Assembly: GCA_963792825.1 (NCBI GenBank)
Contig: CAWBXS010000001.1
Location: forward strand, 130,913 to 194,912
Reading direction: 5' to 3'
Source of the DNA: an uncultured delta proteobacterium
GTDB lineage: Bacteria; Myxococcota_A; Polyangia; Polyangiales; Houyiibacteriaceae
Length of the DNA stretch: 64,000 bases
In this document: positions 20,762-30,156 of the stretch, one piece after another
How positions within the stretch are numbered: position 1 is the first letter of the stretch
Layout: the number at the start of each line of letters is the position of its first letter
Made by a program: the position numbers and the translations under genes
The notes under the pieces: generated by a model
What the model saw: the letters and a program-made list of their open reading frames with translations, nothing else
Database searches by the model: none
Told to the model about the DNA's origin: nothing

Positions 20762-21907
20762 TCACGGCGGCGTGCGATTGAGCAACTGGAGCTCGTTGCC
20801 GTCGAGGCGGAGCACGGCGGTCCCGTCTAGAATCGCACCGAGCTCGCGCCCTACCAGAGAGTGCCGCCAGCCGTTTGCCAGGCGGGAGGGCTCACGAAGG
20901 ACGAAGCTCGTCACGTCGTCACGGGTGCCAAGCATGCTCATGTCGATGTCCTCCTGGTTGGCACGATGCGACAGCCAGGCGAGGCACAGAGCGATTGCAC
21001 CCTCGGCGTTCGGAAGGTCTTTCGGCTTCTTGGGTGGAAGACACACTGCGTCCGTTGGCAGCGCAGCTCCCCTGCGGATCGCACCGAGGAGCTCCTCGGT
21101 ATGCTTGAAGCGGCGTGCATCGAGATTACGGACCCTCCTGAGGTCCGCGGCATCTCGCGCCGGGCGCTGCGCGAGAGCAAGAAGCGCCATGTCGGAGAGC
21201 ACGCTTCGAGGCGGTCGATTTTCTTTTTGGGCGATGCTCTCGCGCCATGAAGCGAGCTCCTGTGCGACCCCTCGGGCCCGCGTGTTCAGCTTGGTCTTGC
21301 CACTGAGCTTCCACCAGAGTGTCCTAGGATCGGGCGCGGAGCGGTCTTTGGAACGCAAACGTTCAATCTCTTCCTCGGCCCATCGGAGGCGGTTCCGATC
21401 TTCCAGTCGATGGACGAGGGCCTCTCGAAGCGCCAAGAGATGCGTGACGTCGGACGCGGCGTAGCGGAGGTCTGCCTCGGGTAGGGGACGGCGCATCCAG
21501 TCCGTGAGCTGGGCGCTCTTGTCGAGCTCGACGTTCAGGAACCCTTCGACGAGCTTCCCGAGCGAGCTGGTCCGATAACCGCAAAATAGCGCCGCGATTT
21601 GCGTATCGAACATCCGCTTGGGCACCGCGCTACAGAACAGCTCGAGGATCTCGAGGTCTTGAGAGCCAGCATGCAGGACGCACACGGCATCGCTCTGGAA
21701 TGCTCGGCGAAGCGGGCGAACGTCGACTGCGAGGGCGTCTACCAATGCGACGCGATCGTCGGTTGCGAGTTGTACGACTGCAAGCCGGGGCAAATAGGTT
21801 CGCTCGCGATGAAACTCCGTATCCAACGCATAGGCGCTCGCGGCCGCGAGCTCGTCGACGAGCCTCTCGAAGTCCGTCTGCTCCGTGATCCAGTCGAACT
21901 CGGCCAC
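20762..21907 (-). CDS. rnd: Ribonuclease D (3'-5' exonuclease + HRDC domain)
   Basis: DEDDy exonuclease motifs (YALDTEFHRERTYLPRLAVVQLA, HAGSQDLEIL, YAASDVTHLL), followed by an HRDC-like region (RGVAQELASWRESIAQKENRPPRSVLSD). Confidence 0.85.
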   Translation of the reverse strand: MAEFDWITEQTDFERLVDELAAASAYALDTEFHRERTYLPRLAVVQLATDDRVALVDALAVDVRPLRRAFQSDAVCVLHAGSQDLEILELFCSAVPKRMFDTQIAALFCGYRTSSLGKLVEGFLNVELDKSAQLTDWMRRPLPEADLRYAASDVTHLLALREALVHRLEDRNRLRWAEEEIERLRSKDRSAPDPRTLWWKLSGKTKLNTRARGVAQELASWRESIAQKENRPPRSVLSDMALLALAQRPARDAADLRRVRNLDARRFKHTEELLGAIRRGAALPTDAVCLPPKKPKDLPNAEGAIALCLAWLSHRANQEDIDMSMLGTRDDVTSFVLREPSRLANGWRHSLVGRELGAILDGTAVLRLDGNELQLLNRTPP

Positions 21908-21943
21908 GTCGCCACTCTAGCGCATCGGGGGGGAGTCGCCCGA

Positions 21944-22978
21944 TCACGGGCAATACGTGCGTCCCGGGTGTGGTGGCTCGATCCACTCTTCACGACGCTC
22001 GAGCCAACGTTCCACCTCTCGGTCCATGGGACCGGCGGCTTTCCGCGCTTCTTCGTGCGTGACGATCGGCGCCTGAGCCTGTGCGCGCACGGGCACGAGG
22101 GGCCGTGGGCGGAGGCCTGCCCGGGCGAGCTTTTGTCGCTGCCGAGGATACATTGGGGGTGAATCCCGGCATCCTTCGGCGATGTCGTCGAGCGCACAGA
22201 AGAAACGGAAGTGGAAATGGTCATCGTGGGGATACGCCGGCTGGCACGTCATCTCGGCAAACCGTGAAATCGTCGACTCGGGGGCTTGCTGAGCTCGGGC
22301 ATAGGCGAGCAGGAGGGTCCTCAAGTGTTCCGCGACGAAAATCTGCTGAAGCTGCGCCTGGTCGTCTTCAAGGAGCGCCTGCAGGAACATCCACGTACGG
22401 GGAACGTCGAGCCGGAGGGCGACGTCGTCCGAGGGATCCGTCAGATCTTTGAAATCGATGCCATTGCCCTCGGGATCGAAGAACGCGCCCACGCTCTCGA
22501 TCGGCTCTCCGTCGGGGCCGAGTTGATAGAAGAACGCGTCGGCATCCCGGCCGCTTTGGTGCGAGCGGTGATGGGGAATCGGCCCCCCTTGCTCGTAGCT
22601 GAGCTCATTGATCGTCACGGGCAAGCCCCCGAGCTCCCGATCCACCCGGCCGGCCGCATTCACGAGGCCTCGGATGACCTCCACGGTGCCGTAGCGAGCC
22701 TTCGGGTCGCGTGCCGGGTTGAACCGCAGCCCTGGCACAGCCTCGGGAAGAGGGACTCCTCCTCGGAGGGAGCCGTCGTTTGGGTTTCTCAGCGAGGTCG
22801 AGTCGAAACGGCTCCAATCGATCGGGATCATCCGGGCTGGCTCTTCGACGGGCTCGACTGATGCAACGGTCGGCTCGACAGCCGGCACGCCCGGAGAGAG
22901 GACGGGGCGGCCCGTGCGTCTGCAGCCCACAGCGGCCACACACAGGAGCGCAGTCGCGAAGATCCGATGCACGCGCAT
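21944..22978 (-). CDS. Penicillin-insensitive murein endopeptidase-like (peptidase M74) paralog, secreted
   Basis: Signal/lipobox-like MRVHRIFATALLCVAAVGC. HRSHQSGRDADAFFY and HDDHFHFRFFC are the same motif pair as in 10183..11145. Confidence 0.7.
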   Translation of the reverse strand: MRVHRIFATALLCVAAVGCRRTGRPVLSPGVPAVEPTVASVEPVEEPARMIPIDWSRFDSTSLRNPNDGSLRGGVPLPEAVPGLRFNPARDPKARYGTVEVIRGLVNAAGRVDRELGGLPVTINELSYEQGGPIPHHRSHQSGRDADAFFYQLGPDGEPIESVGAFFDPEGNGIDFKDLTDPSDDVALRLDVPRTWMFLQALLEDDQAQLQQIFVAEHLRTLLLAYARAQQAPESTISRFAEMTCQPAYPHDDHFHFRFFCALDDIAEGCRDSPPMYPRQRQKLARAGLRPRPLVPVRAQAQAPIVTHEEARKAAGPMDREVERWLERREEWIEPPHPGRTYCP

Positions 22979-23592
22979 TAGCGTTCGGGAACCGGTAGAA
23001 CGGACGCGAACACCACGATCGACATCTGAACGAGGAGCTCGAGAAACGATTCGAGGTCTAGCTCTTGTCTATCGGCCCAGTCGAGGCTCGATCCTTCGAG
23101 AAACCCGAGCCAACCTCGAAGTCTCAGTCTCGTCGCCGGGTCATCGGCCCGGGCACCGAACCGAGACAGGCGCGAAAGCATGCGCTCGAGGAGCGCCTGC
23201 CGCGTGTCTTCGATGATTTTGGCAACCTCGGGGTCGGTGCCTATGCCGCCACGGAGCAGAAAGGCGTACGCGACGCGCCGGCGCGTCACGTATTCTAGGA
23301 AGGCGCGAAGCGCGGCCCGCACGCCCTCCGGATCGGGCTCCGAGCCCCAACCATGACGGTCGATGTCGGTCTCCTCCGACAGTTGACGCGCCGCCTCCTC
23401 CACTGCGGCGACGTAGAATGCTCGCTTGCTCGGGAAGTAGTGATACAGGAGCCCCTTGGAAACCCCTGCTCTCGCGGCGATGTCCTCGATGGATAGCTCG
23501 TCATAGGTCTGCTTGCCGAAGAGCTCGAGCCCCAGCTCCAAGAGCTGCTTCCGGCGGACGTCTACTTGGAGGCGGGTACGTGCGGGTTGCAT
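22978..23592 (-). CDS. TetR/AcrR family transcriptional regulator
   Basis: ORF trimmed to ATG 23592. The HTH reads LSIEDIAARAGVSKGLLYHYFPSKRAFY. It starts one base after the stop of the M74 paralog gene. Confidence 0.85.
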   Translation of the reverse strand: MQPARTRLQVDVRRKQLLELGLELFGKQTYDELSIEDIAARAGVSKGLLYHYFPSKRAFYVAAVEEAARQLSEETDIDRHGWGSEPDPEGVRAALRAFLEYVTRRRVAYAFLLRGGIGTDPEVAKIIEDTRQALLERMLSRLSRFGARADDPATRLRLRGWLGFLEGSSLDWADRQELDLESFLELLVQMSIVVFASVLPVPER

Positions 23593-23667
23593 GCGAGCCC
23601 AGAGTATACCCCAGCTTCGGGGCCGGGCAGGTTTGCGTCTATCGCCGCAATTTCGCATGCTCTTCGG

Positions 23668-23919
23668 ATGCGTGAAGCGGTGCAGCGAGTCATCGACGAC
23701 ATCCTCGGCCCGCTCCTCCAACGAGATGCGAGCAGCATCGAGCTCCTCGACGTGAGCGAGAGCGAAGTGGTCGTTCGAGTCACGGGGCGAGCAGCCTTCG
23801 GCGTCGGCGCGGAGTTCGTTCGCATCGGGATCATCGAGCCAGCCCTGCGAAAGATCGTGGGAGACCAGTGTGCGATTCAAATCGAGAAGGCGGTGCCTAA
23901 GGCCAAGCGTCGTGCGTGA
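23668..23919 (+). CDS. Small NifU/Nfu C-terminal-domain-like protein (no CxxC)
   Basis: Trimmed to ATG 23668. MREAVQRVIDDILGPLLQRDASSIELLDVSESEVVVRVTG... follows the Nfu-type pattern but has no cysteine pair. It is divergent from the TetR gene. Confidence 0.45.
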   Translation: MREAVQRVIDDILGPLLQRDASSIELLDVSESEVVVRVTGRAAFGVGAEFVRIGIIEPALRKIVGDQCAIQIEKAVPKAKRRA

Positions 23920-23952
23920 GCCGTCCGCAACACCGCGTTCGCGGAGACTCCG

Positions 23953-24741
23953 TTAGCGCCCCTTGAACTCACCCTCGCGCCGTTCCACGAAGGAGCGGAC
24001 ACCTTCCGCTGCGTCCTCGGTGTCCATGAGGCGGCGAGCGATGACGAGAAGCTCGGCAACCGCGGCGTCGGGCCCCTCGAGCTGAGCGGTCCGCGCCGAA
24101 CGGAGGGTCGCCTGCACGCCCAACGGCGCTCGCTTGACGACGGTCCTCGCGATCTCCAGGGCTCTCTCACTCAGCCGGTCCGCAGGGACGACCTCCTGGA
24201 CGAGACCGATACGCAAAGCCTCCTTTGCGTCGAAGCGGTCCCCAGTGAGAAGCCACCTCATCGCGTTTCCCCACCCTGCGATCTCGGGAAGACGGATCGT
24301 CGCTCCACCGAAGGGGAAGATTCCCCGATTGATCTCGATCTGGCCGAAGCGAGCTCCCTCGGCTGCGAGACGAATGTCGGCTGCGAGCAGGAGCTCGATA
24401 CCGATGGTGAGGCACCAACCCTGCACCGCCATGATCAGAGGCTTCTTTCGCCTCGGTTCGCGGAGGCTGAGGACGTCGACCGAGCCCTCCGGAAACAAAG
24501 GGGCACCCGCTCGGACGGCAGGACCCACTTCCGCCAGATCGAGTCCCGAAGTGAAGTTGTCGCCATTCGCAGAGAGCAGCGCACACCACAGCGATTCGTC
24601 CCGCTCGTACTCGTTGACCGCTTCGCCGAGCTCTCGGAGCATTCGTAAGTCGAAAGCGTTCATCTTTTCCGCACGGTCGAGGACCATGTGAAAGATGCGT
24701 CCGTCGCGTTCGGTCAGCACTCGGCTTCGGTCTTTGGTCAT
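23953..24741 (-). CDS. Enoyl-CoA hydratase/isomerase (crotonase) family protein
   Basis: Trimmed to ATG 24741 (ATGA overlap with the upstream gene's stop). RIFHMVLDRAEKMNAFD, LSANGDNFTSGLDL, MAVQGWCLTIGIELLLAADIRLA. Confidence 0.85.
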   Translation of the reverse strand: MTKDRSRVLTERDGRIFHMVLDRAEKMNAFDLRMLRELGEAVNEYERDESLWCALLSANGDNFTSGLDLAEVGPAVRAGAPLFPEGSVDVLSLREPRRKKPLIMAVQGWCLTIGIELLLAADIRLAAEGARFGQIEINRGIFPFGGATIRLPEIAGWGNAMRWLLTGDRFDAKEALRIGLVQEVVPADRLSERALEIARTVVKRAPLGVQATLRSARTAQLEGPDAAVAELLVIARRLMDTEDAAEGVRSFVERREGEFKGR

Positions 24742-25205
24742 GGAGCGCGATCGTACCGGACTGCCGTTCCGTAGGCCAGCACCTCGATGGTGCCGGTACC
24801 ATCGTTTCCCGAGGTCATCGAAATGGTAGAAGTTTCCAATCGCGTGTTGAGATACGCATCCGCATCGGGTTGCGATTCCTTCATCCGCAAAACTGCCTCG
24901 CGCCGCGCACGATCGATCAGCGACGAGTAGGACCGAACCTCCCCGCCAAAGATCATCCGGAAGCTGCTCAGAAACCGCTTGAAATGATCGACGGAAATGA
25001 CGACCGCTCCGACCGCGAGAGTCGCCGATCGAATCGGGCCGGGCGCTTCCCACTGCTTGGTCGATAACGCTGGCCTCGCGTCATACTCGGTTTCGCGCGC
25101 TACGATGCTCTTGTAGTGAGCGCGCTCGATGCGCGAGCCGACCACTCTGCCCACGACGATGAGGAGAACTGGGATCGCGGTGTAGAGGAGCAGCTCGATC
25201 GACAT
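24738..25205 (-). CDS. Membrane-anchored YbjQ/UPF0145-like protein
   Basis: An N-terminal TM (IELLLYTAIPVLLIVVG) precedes a YbjQ-like domain (FGGEVRSYSSLIDRARREAVLRMKE...IEVLAYGTAV). Confidence 0.6.
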   Translation of the reverse strand: MSIELLLYTAIPVLLIVVGRVVGSRIERAHYKSIVARETEYDARPALSTKQWEAPGPIRSATLAVGAVVISVDHFKRFLSSFRMIFGGEVRSYSSLIDRARREAVLRMKESQPDADAYLNTRLETSTISMTSGNDGTGTIEVLAYGTAVRYDRAP

Positions 25206-25212
25206 GGCGCAG

Positions 25213-25527
25213 CTACTCGACCAAGACCGCCGTGCCGTAGGAGAGAATCTCCGAGGCCCCTTGTGCGATCGACGAAGTCGTGAAGCGCACGTTGATCACC
25301 GCGTTGGCTCCGAGCTCACGGGCTTGGGCCACCATTCGGCTCGTCGCCTCGGCGCGGCTTTCTTGCAGAAGCTCCGTATAGCCCTTGAGCTCTCCGCCGA
25401 CGATGTTCTTAAGGCCTGCGACGAAGTCGCGGCCCAAGTGTTTCGCGCGGATCGTGCTGCCTTGCACTAGGCCGAAGTGACGGACGATTCGTTGCCCCGG
25501 TACGCTGTCGATGTTGGTGAGAATCAA
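25213..25527 (-). CDS. YbjQ family protein (UPF0145)
   Basis: 104 aa: GLVQGSTIRAKHLGRDFVAGLKNIVGGELKGYTELLQESRAEATSRMVAQARELGANAVINVRF...ILSYGTAV. Confidence 0.85.
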   Translation of the reverse strand: MILTNIDSVPGQRIVRHFGLVQGSTIRAKHLGRDFVAGLKNIVGGELKGYTELLQESRAEATSRMVAQARELGANAVINVRFTTSSIAQGASEILSYGTAVLVE

Positions 25528-25638
25528 GCGCCCCCCTCGAACTGTATTTTAGCAGAATCTTCGCCGCGACCCCGAGATTCGAACCCGTGGCGCCCCAAAA
25601 AATCGTCGGGGAGGCCGCAAACATGCTATGTGCCCCCC

Positions 25639-26955
25639 GTGAAACTTTGCGTCATCGGAACGGGCTACGTAGGTCTGGTGAGCGGGGCGTGTTTCGCCGC
25701 GACCGGTCAGCGTGTGGTTTGCGTCGACAAAGACGCGGATAAGATCGAGCGTTTGCGCCGGGGTGAGATACCGATCTACGAGCCCGGCCTAGAGGAGATG
25801 GTCGAGGAGAATGCCTCCGCCGGGCGCCTCACCTTCACGACCGATCTCTCGGAAGCCGTCCGGAAGGTCGATCTTGCGTTCATCGCGGTGGGAACCCCTC
25901 CCACGCTCGACGGAGAAGCCGATCTAAGCGCCGTCTTCGGAGTTGCACGGGAGCTTGCCAAACACGCGACCCACGACCTCGTCATCGTGATGAAAAGCAC
26001 CGTTCCCGTCGGCACCAACCTTCAGGTCCAACGGCTCGTTGCAAATGCCGCCCATGACATCCAGGTGGTGTCGAATCCCGAGTTCCTCAAGGAAGGCGGC
26101 GCGATCAAGGATTTCATGTACCCGGACCGGATCGTGATCGGCGTACGCCCGCAGCACGACCGAGCTCGACGTGCGATGGACCGGGTCTATCATCCGCTCA
26201 ACCTCTCGAATACGAAGATCGTGTGGATGAACCCCGAGAGCGCCGAGCTCACGAAGTACGCCGCCAACACGATGCTTGCAATGCGGATTTCGTTCATGAA
26301 CGAGCTCGCGGTGCTCTGCGAGGAAGTGGGCGCGGACGTCCAGAGCGTGCGGCACGGAGTGGGCAGCGACCCTCGTGTCGGCTCGCAGTTTCTGCACGCA
26401 GGGCCGGGATACGGTGGCTCTTGTTTCCCCAAGGACGTCAAGGCGCTCGTGGCGACCGGGCGGCGTCACGGCATCGAGCTCGAGCTGGCGGACGCCACCA
26501 ATCGGGTCAACGTGCGGCATCGGAGCTTCATCGCGCGGAAGCTGAAGCGCCATTTCGAAAACGAGCTCGCCGGCAAGCGCATCGCCATCTGGGGATTGGC
26601 GTTCAAACCTGGCACCGACGACATCCGAGAGTCTCCGTCGATCGCGACGATCGAGTTTCTGCTCAACGAGCGATGTGAGATCGTGTGTCACGATCCCGAA
26701 GCCATGCCGAACGTCCAGGAGGCGTTTGGAGACAGCATCACGCTCGTCGATGATGCCTACGACGCGGTCAAGGATGCGGATGCGCTCCTTCTATTGACCG
26801 AGTGGCGCGAATATCAGTACCCCGAGTTCGAGCGAATTCGCACCTCGATGCGCACCCCCGTCATTCTGGACGGCCGCAACATCTGGGTCACCTACAAGCT
26901 CGCCGAACAGGGGTTCGAGTATGCAGGGGTGGGGATTCAGACCGAGCCCGGCTGA
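25639..26955 (+). CDS. ugd: UDP-glucose 6-dehydrogenase
   Basis: Start chosen at GTG 25639 (VKLCVIGTGYVGLVSGACFA, Rossmann fold). In-frame GTG 25630 is an alternative. Catalytic GPGYGGSCFPKD, and a C-terminal UDP-binding region. Confidence 0.9.
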   Translation: MKLCVIGTGYVGLVSGACFAATGQRVVCVDKDADKIERLRRGEIPIYEPGLEEMVEENASAGRLTFTTDLSEAVRKVDLAFIAVGTPPTLDGEADLSAVFGVARELAKHATHDLVIVMKSTVPVGTNLQVQRLVANAAHDIQVVSNPEFLKEGGAIKDFMYPDRIVIGVRPQHDRARRAMDRVYHPLNLSNTKIVWMNPESAELTKYAANTMLAMRISFMNELAVLCEEVGADVQSVRHGVGSDPRVGSQFLHAGPGYGGSCFPKDVKALVATGRRHGIELELADATNRVNVRHRSFIARKLKRHFENELAGKRIAIWGLAFKPGTDDIRESPSIATIEFLLNERCEIVCHDPEAMPNVQEAFGDSITLVDDAYDAVKDADALLLLTEWREYQYPEFERIRTSMRTPVILDGRNIWVTYKLAEQGFEYAGVGIQTEPG

Positions 26956-26961
26956 CGCGCC

Positions 26962-27585
26962 ATGTGCGGGCGATACACCCTGACCTGCCCCGATGAGCAG
27001 ACGCTCCTCGATGGTCTCCCGTTCGACGAGTTCAGCGAGGTCCGGATCGAGTTTCGCCCCCGCTACAACATCGCGCCCGGCCAGCACGGCCCGGTGGTCC
27101 TTTTCAAGCGCGGCATGCCGATCCTCCGCGATGCTGAGTGGGGCATGAAGCGCTCGGGGGGAGGGCTCGTCATCAATGCACGCGCAGAAACGGCAGCGCG
27201 GGCGGTGATCTTCCGCGATGCGTTCCGAGAGGGAAGGTGTCTCGTCCCGGCCGATGGCTTTCTCGAGTGGCGCAAGGAAGGGGGCGTCAATCAGCCCTAT
27301 CTCTTTCGAGTCGAGGGCGGAGGGATCTTCGTGATGGCCGGCCTCTGGCGGAATGGGCGCTACGTCGTCCTCACGCGCGATTCTCGAGGCGAGGTTGCCG
27401 AGATCCACGATCGGATGCCAGTGCTTCTAGACGGCGCGGACGCGCGGCAGTGGTTGACCGAAGGCAAGCTCGGCGAGTCTCCCGATCTCCAGAGGACCCG
27501 GGTCTCGCCCCGAATCAACCGAACCGAGAACGATGATCCCTCTTGTCTCGAGCCGGTCCCTCAACGGTCCTTCGATTTCGACTGA
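26962..27585 (+). CDS. SOS response-associated peptidase (SRAP/YedK family)
   Basis: N-terminal MCGRYTL with catalytic Cys2, RYNIAPGQ, INARAET and HDRMPVLL. Confidence 0.9.
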   Translation: MCGRYTLTCPDEQTLLDGLPFDEFSEVRIEFRPRYNIAPGQHGPVVLFKRGMPILRDAEWGMKRSGGGLVINARAETAARAVIFRDAFREGRCLVPADGFLEWRKEGGVNQPYLFRVEGGGIFVMAGLWRNGRYVVLTRDSRGEVAEIHDRMPVLLDGADARQWLTEGKLGESPDLQRTRVSPRINRTENDDPSCLEPVPQRSFDFD

Positions 27586-27608
27586 CATCGAAGCCCGTCG
27601 CCGAGCGG

Positions 27609-28220
27609 TCAGTTCTTCGTGCGCCGTTCCGAGCTCTCCACTTCGATCACCTCGGAATCGGATTCTTGCACGCGCACTCGCTGTCTCGCCTGGGCTGGCA
27701 CCGGACGACCCGCGGAGATCTTGCGAGAGGCCGCATCGACGAGCGCGTCCACACCGACCTGTATCGCCCGGTCCACTTCTTTTCGGACCTGCTTTTCCCA
27801 ATCTCCGCGCCGCCTCTTGGCGATACGGCGTCGGGCGCGTGCGCGCAGGCGCTCCCGATCGGGCAGTAGAGCACGCCTCGCGCCGAGCGCGAGGGCGATG
27901 CCCCAACCCGCGAGCACCCATTGCACCCACCAACCGGGCCCAGACATGATGTCGATCACGAACAGGCCGGCATTCACGACGACGTACGTGTAGATCCACT
28001 GCAGGAAGCGCTTTTTTCGCGCCGTGAGGACGCGCTCTTCCTCGATGCGCACCTCACGTTCTTCTTCGATTTGCTTGGCTGCGGCCTCTACGTCGGCCGC
28101 ATCGATGCCCGCTTCGACTGCCGCATCGACGAGGTCTCGATGAGAGAGCGTTTCGACGGGTTGTGTCTCGAGCGCCCGCCGTAAAATCTCTTCCACTTCG
28201 TCGCGCGAGTACTGCTTCAC
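27609..28220 (-). CDS. 2TM-domain membrane protein
   Basis: A charged N-terminal helix region, two adjacent TM helices (WIYTYVVVNAGLFVIDI / WVQWVLAGWGIALALG), and a basic C-terminal tail. Confidence 0.5.
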   Translation of the reverse strand: MKQYSRDEVEEILRRALETQPVETLSHRDLVDAAVEAGIDAADVEAAAKQIEEEREVRIEEERVLTARKKRFLQWIYTYVVVNAGLFVIDIMSGPGWWVQWVLAGWGIALALGARRALLPDRERLRARARRRIAKRRRGDWEKQVRKEVDRAIQVGVDALVDAASRKISAGRPVPAQARQRVRVQESDSEVIEVESSERRTKN

Positions 28221-28222
28221 CG

Positions 28223-29965
28223 TTAGATCGTATCCCAGCGGAAGGCTTCGGCCTTGAACGCGTCCTCAGCCAGCGCCTTTATCATCTCGTCGTCATTCGT
28301 ATCGATACGCCTGAAGTTGTGTTTGATGCGCACCTTGGCTGCGCGGGTGAAGGTTCGAAGAATGTCGATCTCGAGGGCGGCGCCTTCGACCCCCTTAGAC
28401 TCGATCGAGGCCTGCACCCGGCTGATCGTCGCGGCCATGACGAAGAGGTCGATCATGATCTCGGCAAGACGATGGCTTGCGAATTGCTTGCCGATGATGG
28501 CCTTACCATGCTTGCGAAGGATCTTGTCGGCCGCCTGGGCCAGGTAGCGCGTCTCTTCTTCGAAGATCTGGGCCTGTTCCTGAATGGCTTCGTGCACGCC
28601 GCTCAACTTCGCCTGCCCCCGGATGCCGGTTCGAAGGGAGGCGTGTTTCCGCGCGTAGTCGGAGAGAAGGCCGAACCCTTTGATCGGCTCGTTGAAGATG
28701 TCCTTCATCGTCGCCGAGAGCTCTTGGAGCTGGCTCGCCACGTCGTTCATCGCTGAGAGCGCGATGAGGAGGCGGAGAATTTCGTTGGTGCCCTCGAAAA
28801 TGCGGTTGATTCGACAGTCGCGGACGATCCGCTCGTACGGATACTCGCGCATGTAACCGTTGCCACCTGCGATTTGCAGAGCCTCGTCGGCCGTGCGCCA
28901 GAGGCACTCGGTAGCGTACACCTTGGAGATGGCTGCCTCGACTTGGTACTCCTTGTAACCCGCGTCGATGAGGCCGCCGACCATCGTGACCACAGCTTCG
29001 GCCGTGTAGCAGTCGATGACCATTTCACCGACCTTCTTCTTGATGAGGCCGTAGCTCGAGATGGGCTGGCCGAACGTGTGGCGCTCGTTCGCCTGCTTGG
29101 TCGCCATTCGAATGAGACGCTTCATCGCGCCTACAGACCCACCGCCAAGACCCGTGCGGCCGCTGTTCAAGATCGCCATGGCGACTTTGAAGCCCTGGCC
29201 TATCTCGCCAAGAACGTTGTTGTCGGGCACCTTGACGTTGTCGAAGTGAACGGTGGTGGTCGAGCTCGAGCGAAGGCCCATCTTGTCCTCGTGCGGGCCG
29301 ATGCTGACACCCTCCATGTCTCGCGTGACGATGAAGCCGGTCATCTTGCCACGACCTCCCTCCTCGGGCGTCTTTGCAAAGACCGTGAAGAAATCGGCCA
29401 TTCCGCCGTTGGTGATCCAGAGCTTGTTCCCGTTGAGGACCCAGTGATCGCCTTCCTTGACGGCCGTCGTCTTCACCGCTGCGGCGTCCGACCCCGCCCC
29501 GGGCTCGGTGAGGCAATACGCCGCAATCATCTCGCCGCTTGCGAGCTTTTCCATGTAGCGGTCGTTTTGATCCTTGGTTCCGAAGAGCAGCAGGCCGCGC
29601 ATGCCGATCGAGCTGTGCGCGCCGATCGTCACGGCCACCGATGCGTCGTACTTGGCAATCTCCTGCAGGGTGCGGGAGTAGGCCTTGTTGCCGAGGCCCA
29701 TTCCACCGTGCTCCTCCGGGATGACCAGGCCGAACATACCGAACTCTTTGAGCTCGTCGATGAACTCCGCGGGCATCTCACCCTCGACGTCCCACTTTCG
29801 GAAGTCCTCCGCCCGAGTGCCGAGCAGACCTTCGAGCGCCCCCGAGATGTCGGCGAGCGTCTCTTTTTCGGCATCCGACAGGCTGGGAAACGGGAAGATC
29901 AGATCCTGCTCGATGCGCCCCATGCACAAGGACCGCATGAAGCTCGTGGTTTCGATGTCTGCCAC
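28223..29965 (-). CDS. Acyl-CoA dehydrogenase (long, ~580 aa form)
   Basis: CLTEPGAGSDAA, WITNGGMADFFTVFAK, and GGNGYMREYPYERIVRDCRINRIFEGTNEI, plus a C-terminal extension. Confidence 0.9.
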   Translation of the reverse strand: MADIETTSFMRSLCMGRIEQDLIFPFPSLSDAEKETLADISGALEGLLGTRAEDFRKWDVEGEMPAEFIDELKEFGMFGLVIPEEHGGMGLGNKAYSRTLQEIAKYDASVAVTIGAHSSIGMRGLLLFGTKDQNDRYMEKLASGEMIAAYCLTEPGAGSDAAAVKTTAVKEGDHWVLNGNKLWITNGGMADFFTVFAKTPEEGGRGKMTGFIVTRDMEGVSIGPHEDKMGLRSSSTTTVHFDNVKVPDNNVLGEIGQGFKVAMAILNSGRTGLGGGSVGAMKRLIRMATKQANERHTFGQPISSYGLIKKKVGEMVIDCYTAEAVVTMVGGLIDAGYKEYQVEAAISKVYATECLWRTADEALQIAGGNGYMREYPYERIVRDCRINRIFEGTNEILRLLIALSAMNDVASQLQELSATMKDIFNEPIKGFGLLSDYARKHASLRTGIRGQAKLSGVHEAIQEQAQIFEEETRYLAQAADKILRKHGKAIIGKQFASHRLAEIMIDLFVMAATISRVQASIESKGVEGAALEIDILRTFTRAAKVRIKHNFRRIDTNDDEMIKALAEDAFKAEAFRWDTI

Positions 29966-30097
29966 TGGTCGCTCCTTTTCGAAGGCCCATCATGCACGCG
30001 TCAAACGCCCGCGTCCATCTGCGCCACTCCGGCAATCTAGGGTCGCGGCTCCGTTTGCGCCACTCTCGCATGCGAGCGCGCCGCCCCTGCTGAAGCG

Positions 30098-30130
30098 AAA
30101 AAGGGACCGCCGGCTTTCCCCGACGGTCCC
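30098..30130 (-). terminator. Rho-independent terminator downstream of 30157..30909
   Basis: On the minus strand, GGGACCGTCGG-GGAAAG-CCGGCGGTCCC forms an 11-bp stem with one G-U pair. TTTTT follows it, and the hairpin starts 27 nt after the stop codon. Confidence 0.6.
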
Positions 30131-30156
30131 CCGAGAACGCGCGATTCGAGCTCTCG

